From the NCBI GenBank assembly GCA_002104905.1, contig MCFE01000339.1, positions 1-64,000 of the forward strand: 64,000 nt of DNA, given 5' to 3'. Shown piece by piece: positions 61,990-64,000 of the stretch; the stretch's first letter is position 1, and the number at the start of each line of letters is the position of its first letter. Position numbers and translations under genes: made by a program. The stretch is from Basidiobolus meristosporus CBS 931.73 (lineage: Eukaryota > Fungi > Basidiobolomycota). A model generated the notes under the pieces. The model saw only the letters and a list, made by a program, of their open reading frames with translations. It searched no databases and was not told the origin of the DNA.

Positions 61990-62500
61990 AAGCTATGGAT
62001 ATATTTCCCAGAAATCTGGCAGATTATCTTTGTTTGACAACTCAATTGGGGCAGCAGCATTTAGAAGCAAAATTTGCACACCAAGATACTGCTTGGAGTT
62101 CTTTCAGAACTCTATATTAGCTGGGGTCCCCTGTTACATACAATGGCCTGGAGGAATCCATGAGACACAATGATGACATGGATTATAAGGTGAGCAGCTT
62201 CCTTATTAACTCAACAAGGTGTCAACTAAGGACAGAGGATACTAATTCTTGACTGTGATATTTGTTAGTCTCTTGTATCTCAGTTTCAGCTCAATATAGC
62301 TTACATTTGGACAATAACACTTGTTGTATCCAAGAGAAAAGTGTAATCAAGCTTTTGAATGGTTGGATTTAACCTAAATTAAAACAAAGTGCAGTATCTT
62401 AGAGTTGTCAGAGAGTGGAAGTAATATTAGCAGAGAGGTTTGGGTTTAATAGTGGTCTTGTATACAGCTGGGTTTTGCAATAAATACAACAGAGTAGGTG
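61990..62500 (-). pseudogene. Very degenerate Gypsy-type integrase remnant
   Basis: The minus frame gives HGFLQAIVCNRGPQL, resembling the HGxPxxIVSDRGPQF integrase motif. Many stops. Confidence 0.4.
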
Positions 62501-63105
62501 TGCTATGCAGGCTTGGTGTTCTTGAGAGTGCTAGATATGCTAAGCTTGTGTACAAACTACAATATAATTGTTGAGTTCTTAGTTTTACTGAGACACAATC
62601 TTGATTTGTTGAGACACACACTAAATCAAAAGGGTCAGTAAACTATACCCATACTTTTTTTGCAAAGTCAGATGAGTAAGCATCAAGAGACTGGACAAAT
62701 TGCAATCTGTAGGGGTGTTGACAGGTGCATTAGAGAAATGGGAAATTTTATCACTAATCTTGTGATGTTTTGGCAGCTGCTGAGTTGTTGGATAGATCTC
62801 AGATGACAAATTTCCTTGGAAGGCTTGGCAGATAAGCTGATAACTTAATGGTTTTAAATGTTAGCATCCTCAAGCTAATGAAACCAAGATTATGAACTTG
62901 ACAAAGTGATTGCAGTTTAACAAAATTACCTATATATACAGGGTACCACATATGCAGTACTATATCACACTGGAGCAAATCATTAGAGATGTCTACTGCA
63001 ATACTTGCTTAAAGTGAGTAAGTGATCTCAACTACAGATGTTTCAATTCTGGATATGCTTTTCAGTACATCAAGGTTGCATTTTATCAGGTGCTTGGATA
63101 CAAAG

Positions 63106-63471
63106 TGTTATAAGTCTTGACATAAAAGTTGTAGGGGAAAAGGGAGCTTAGCTGGTGTTGTCTTTAATAAAACTTAAAGTGATATTTATTGAGGCTCTGG
63201 CTGCTCCTTATATACATTTTACCAGATCAATTGCTGACTAATATAATTTTGAGTGTAGGATGTGGCTGATGACTTATTTGATTGCATAATCATCACCCAA
63301 TTTGATCTTACTTAATATACTATATCTGTCTGATAGGTATCTGCTGATTCTTCCACTGACTGACACTACTGACTTGATAGATAATACCAATATACTGATA
63401 GGCAAATCACAAAACTAATAAATTGGCTCAAAGCTGAACTAACTTAGACATTCAGGTGTCAGATCAATACA
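63106..63471 (-). mobile_element. Diverged LTR of the same family as the Gypsy at 47999-53671
   Basis: Reverse complement starts TGTATTGATCTG and ends CAAGACTTATAACA; 366 bp. Confidence 0.75.
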
Positions 63472-63478
63472 TTCTTCC

Positions 63479-63630
63479 TGTTGTGAGTAGACACAAGGCA
63501 GGAGAGTAAAGTTAAGCAAGGCAGGACCAGAGAAGGACTTAGTTGTGGAGCAACAAGGCAAGGCCATTTATTCAAGATCTGTGTTTATCAGACTGAGGAT
63601 TACACCAGGGGTGATAGAACTATAGATACT
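63479..63630 (-). mobile_element. LTR family B 3' part, interrupted by a MITE
   Basis: Reverse complement of about 3495-3663. Confidence 0.75.
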
Positions 63631-64000
63631 AGACTTGTTCTGTTGGATAGTGCCACATTGAGCCATGAGTGCCAAATGATGCCATAGAGTGCCAGGGAGG
63701 TCAAGTGCGCCTACACTTGGCCACAGAGTGTGCAGCACAGCTCTGCATCTTCATGCAAAGCAGCCCCTGTGTTTCACCCATTGTGTTGGAGAAAATCCAT
63801 TTTTTGACCTTTTTTTTTAGGTAAATGTTGTAAAGGATGTGTAAGTGCACAAAAGGATTGAAGATATGCATCTGGTACTCAATACCCATTGCACTCTGAA
63901 TCTAGCTCCTGTGGCTTGTAACATGTCACAAAAATGCATGGCACTATCTTGGTCCACTGGTACTATCTGGCACTATAGTGCTTTGTATTGATCTTACTTT
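63631..64000. mobile_element. Left arm and start of the spacer of another foldback MITE, running off the window
   Basis: Colinear with 51474-51840 and preceded by ACT. Confidence 0.9.

Noticed and set aside
1-64000. rRNA, tRNA, snoRNA or CRISPR arrays
   Set aside because: No cloverleaf/T-loop, rRNA signature, convincing box C/D pair or regularly spaced direct repeats were seen by eye; a covariance-model search was not possible.

Overview
Eukaryotic fungal DNA, most likely an early-diverging fungus: it has short GT-AG introns, a GPI-anchored CotH gene and a secreted GMC oxidoreductase. A Basidiobolus/Mucoromycota-like assignment is inference only. One CpG-rich gene island (~4.2-17.9 kb) carries four genes: a group II PLP-dependent decarboxylase (2 introns), an intronless secreted GMC oxidoreductase, an intronless CotH kinase-like surface protein and NOT2 (4 introns). 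The rest is a strongly CpG-depleted pile of decayed transposons. These include four or five copies of a CACTA/EnSpm family with divergently arranged genes, two Ty1/Copia families and a Ty3/Gypsy element. There are also several solo LTRs, plus an IS5/PIF-Harbinger (PHIS)-like DDE element with its non-autonomous derivatives. Target-site duplications (TSDs) and empty-site comparisons read from the sequence resolve three structures. The first is a four-level nest: CACTA > PHIS element > Gypsy > palindromic MITE of the same PHIS family. The second is a ~6 kb tandem duplication made by unequal crossover between Copia LTRs with swapped TSDs. The third is a 1.07 kb TG..CA element inserted twice at an ancestral CCGC site. 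No rRNA, tRNA or CRISPR array was recognised. All identity figures are hand estimates.
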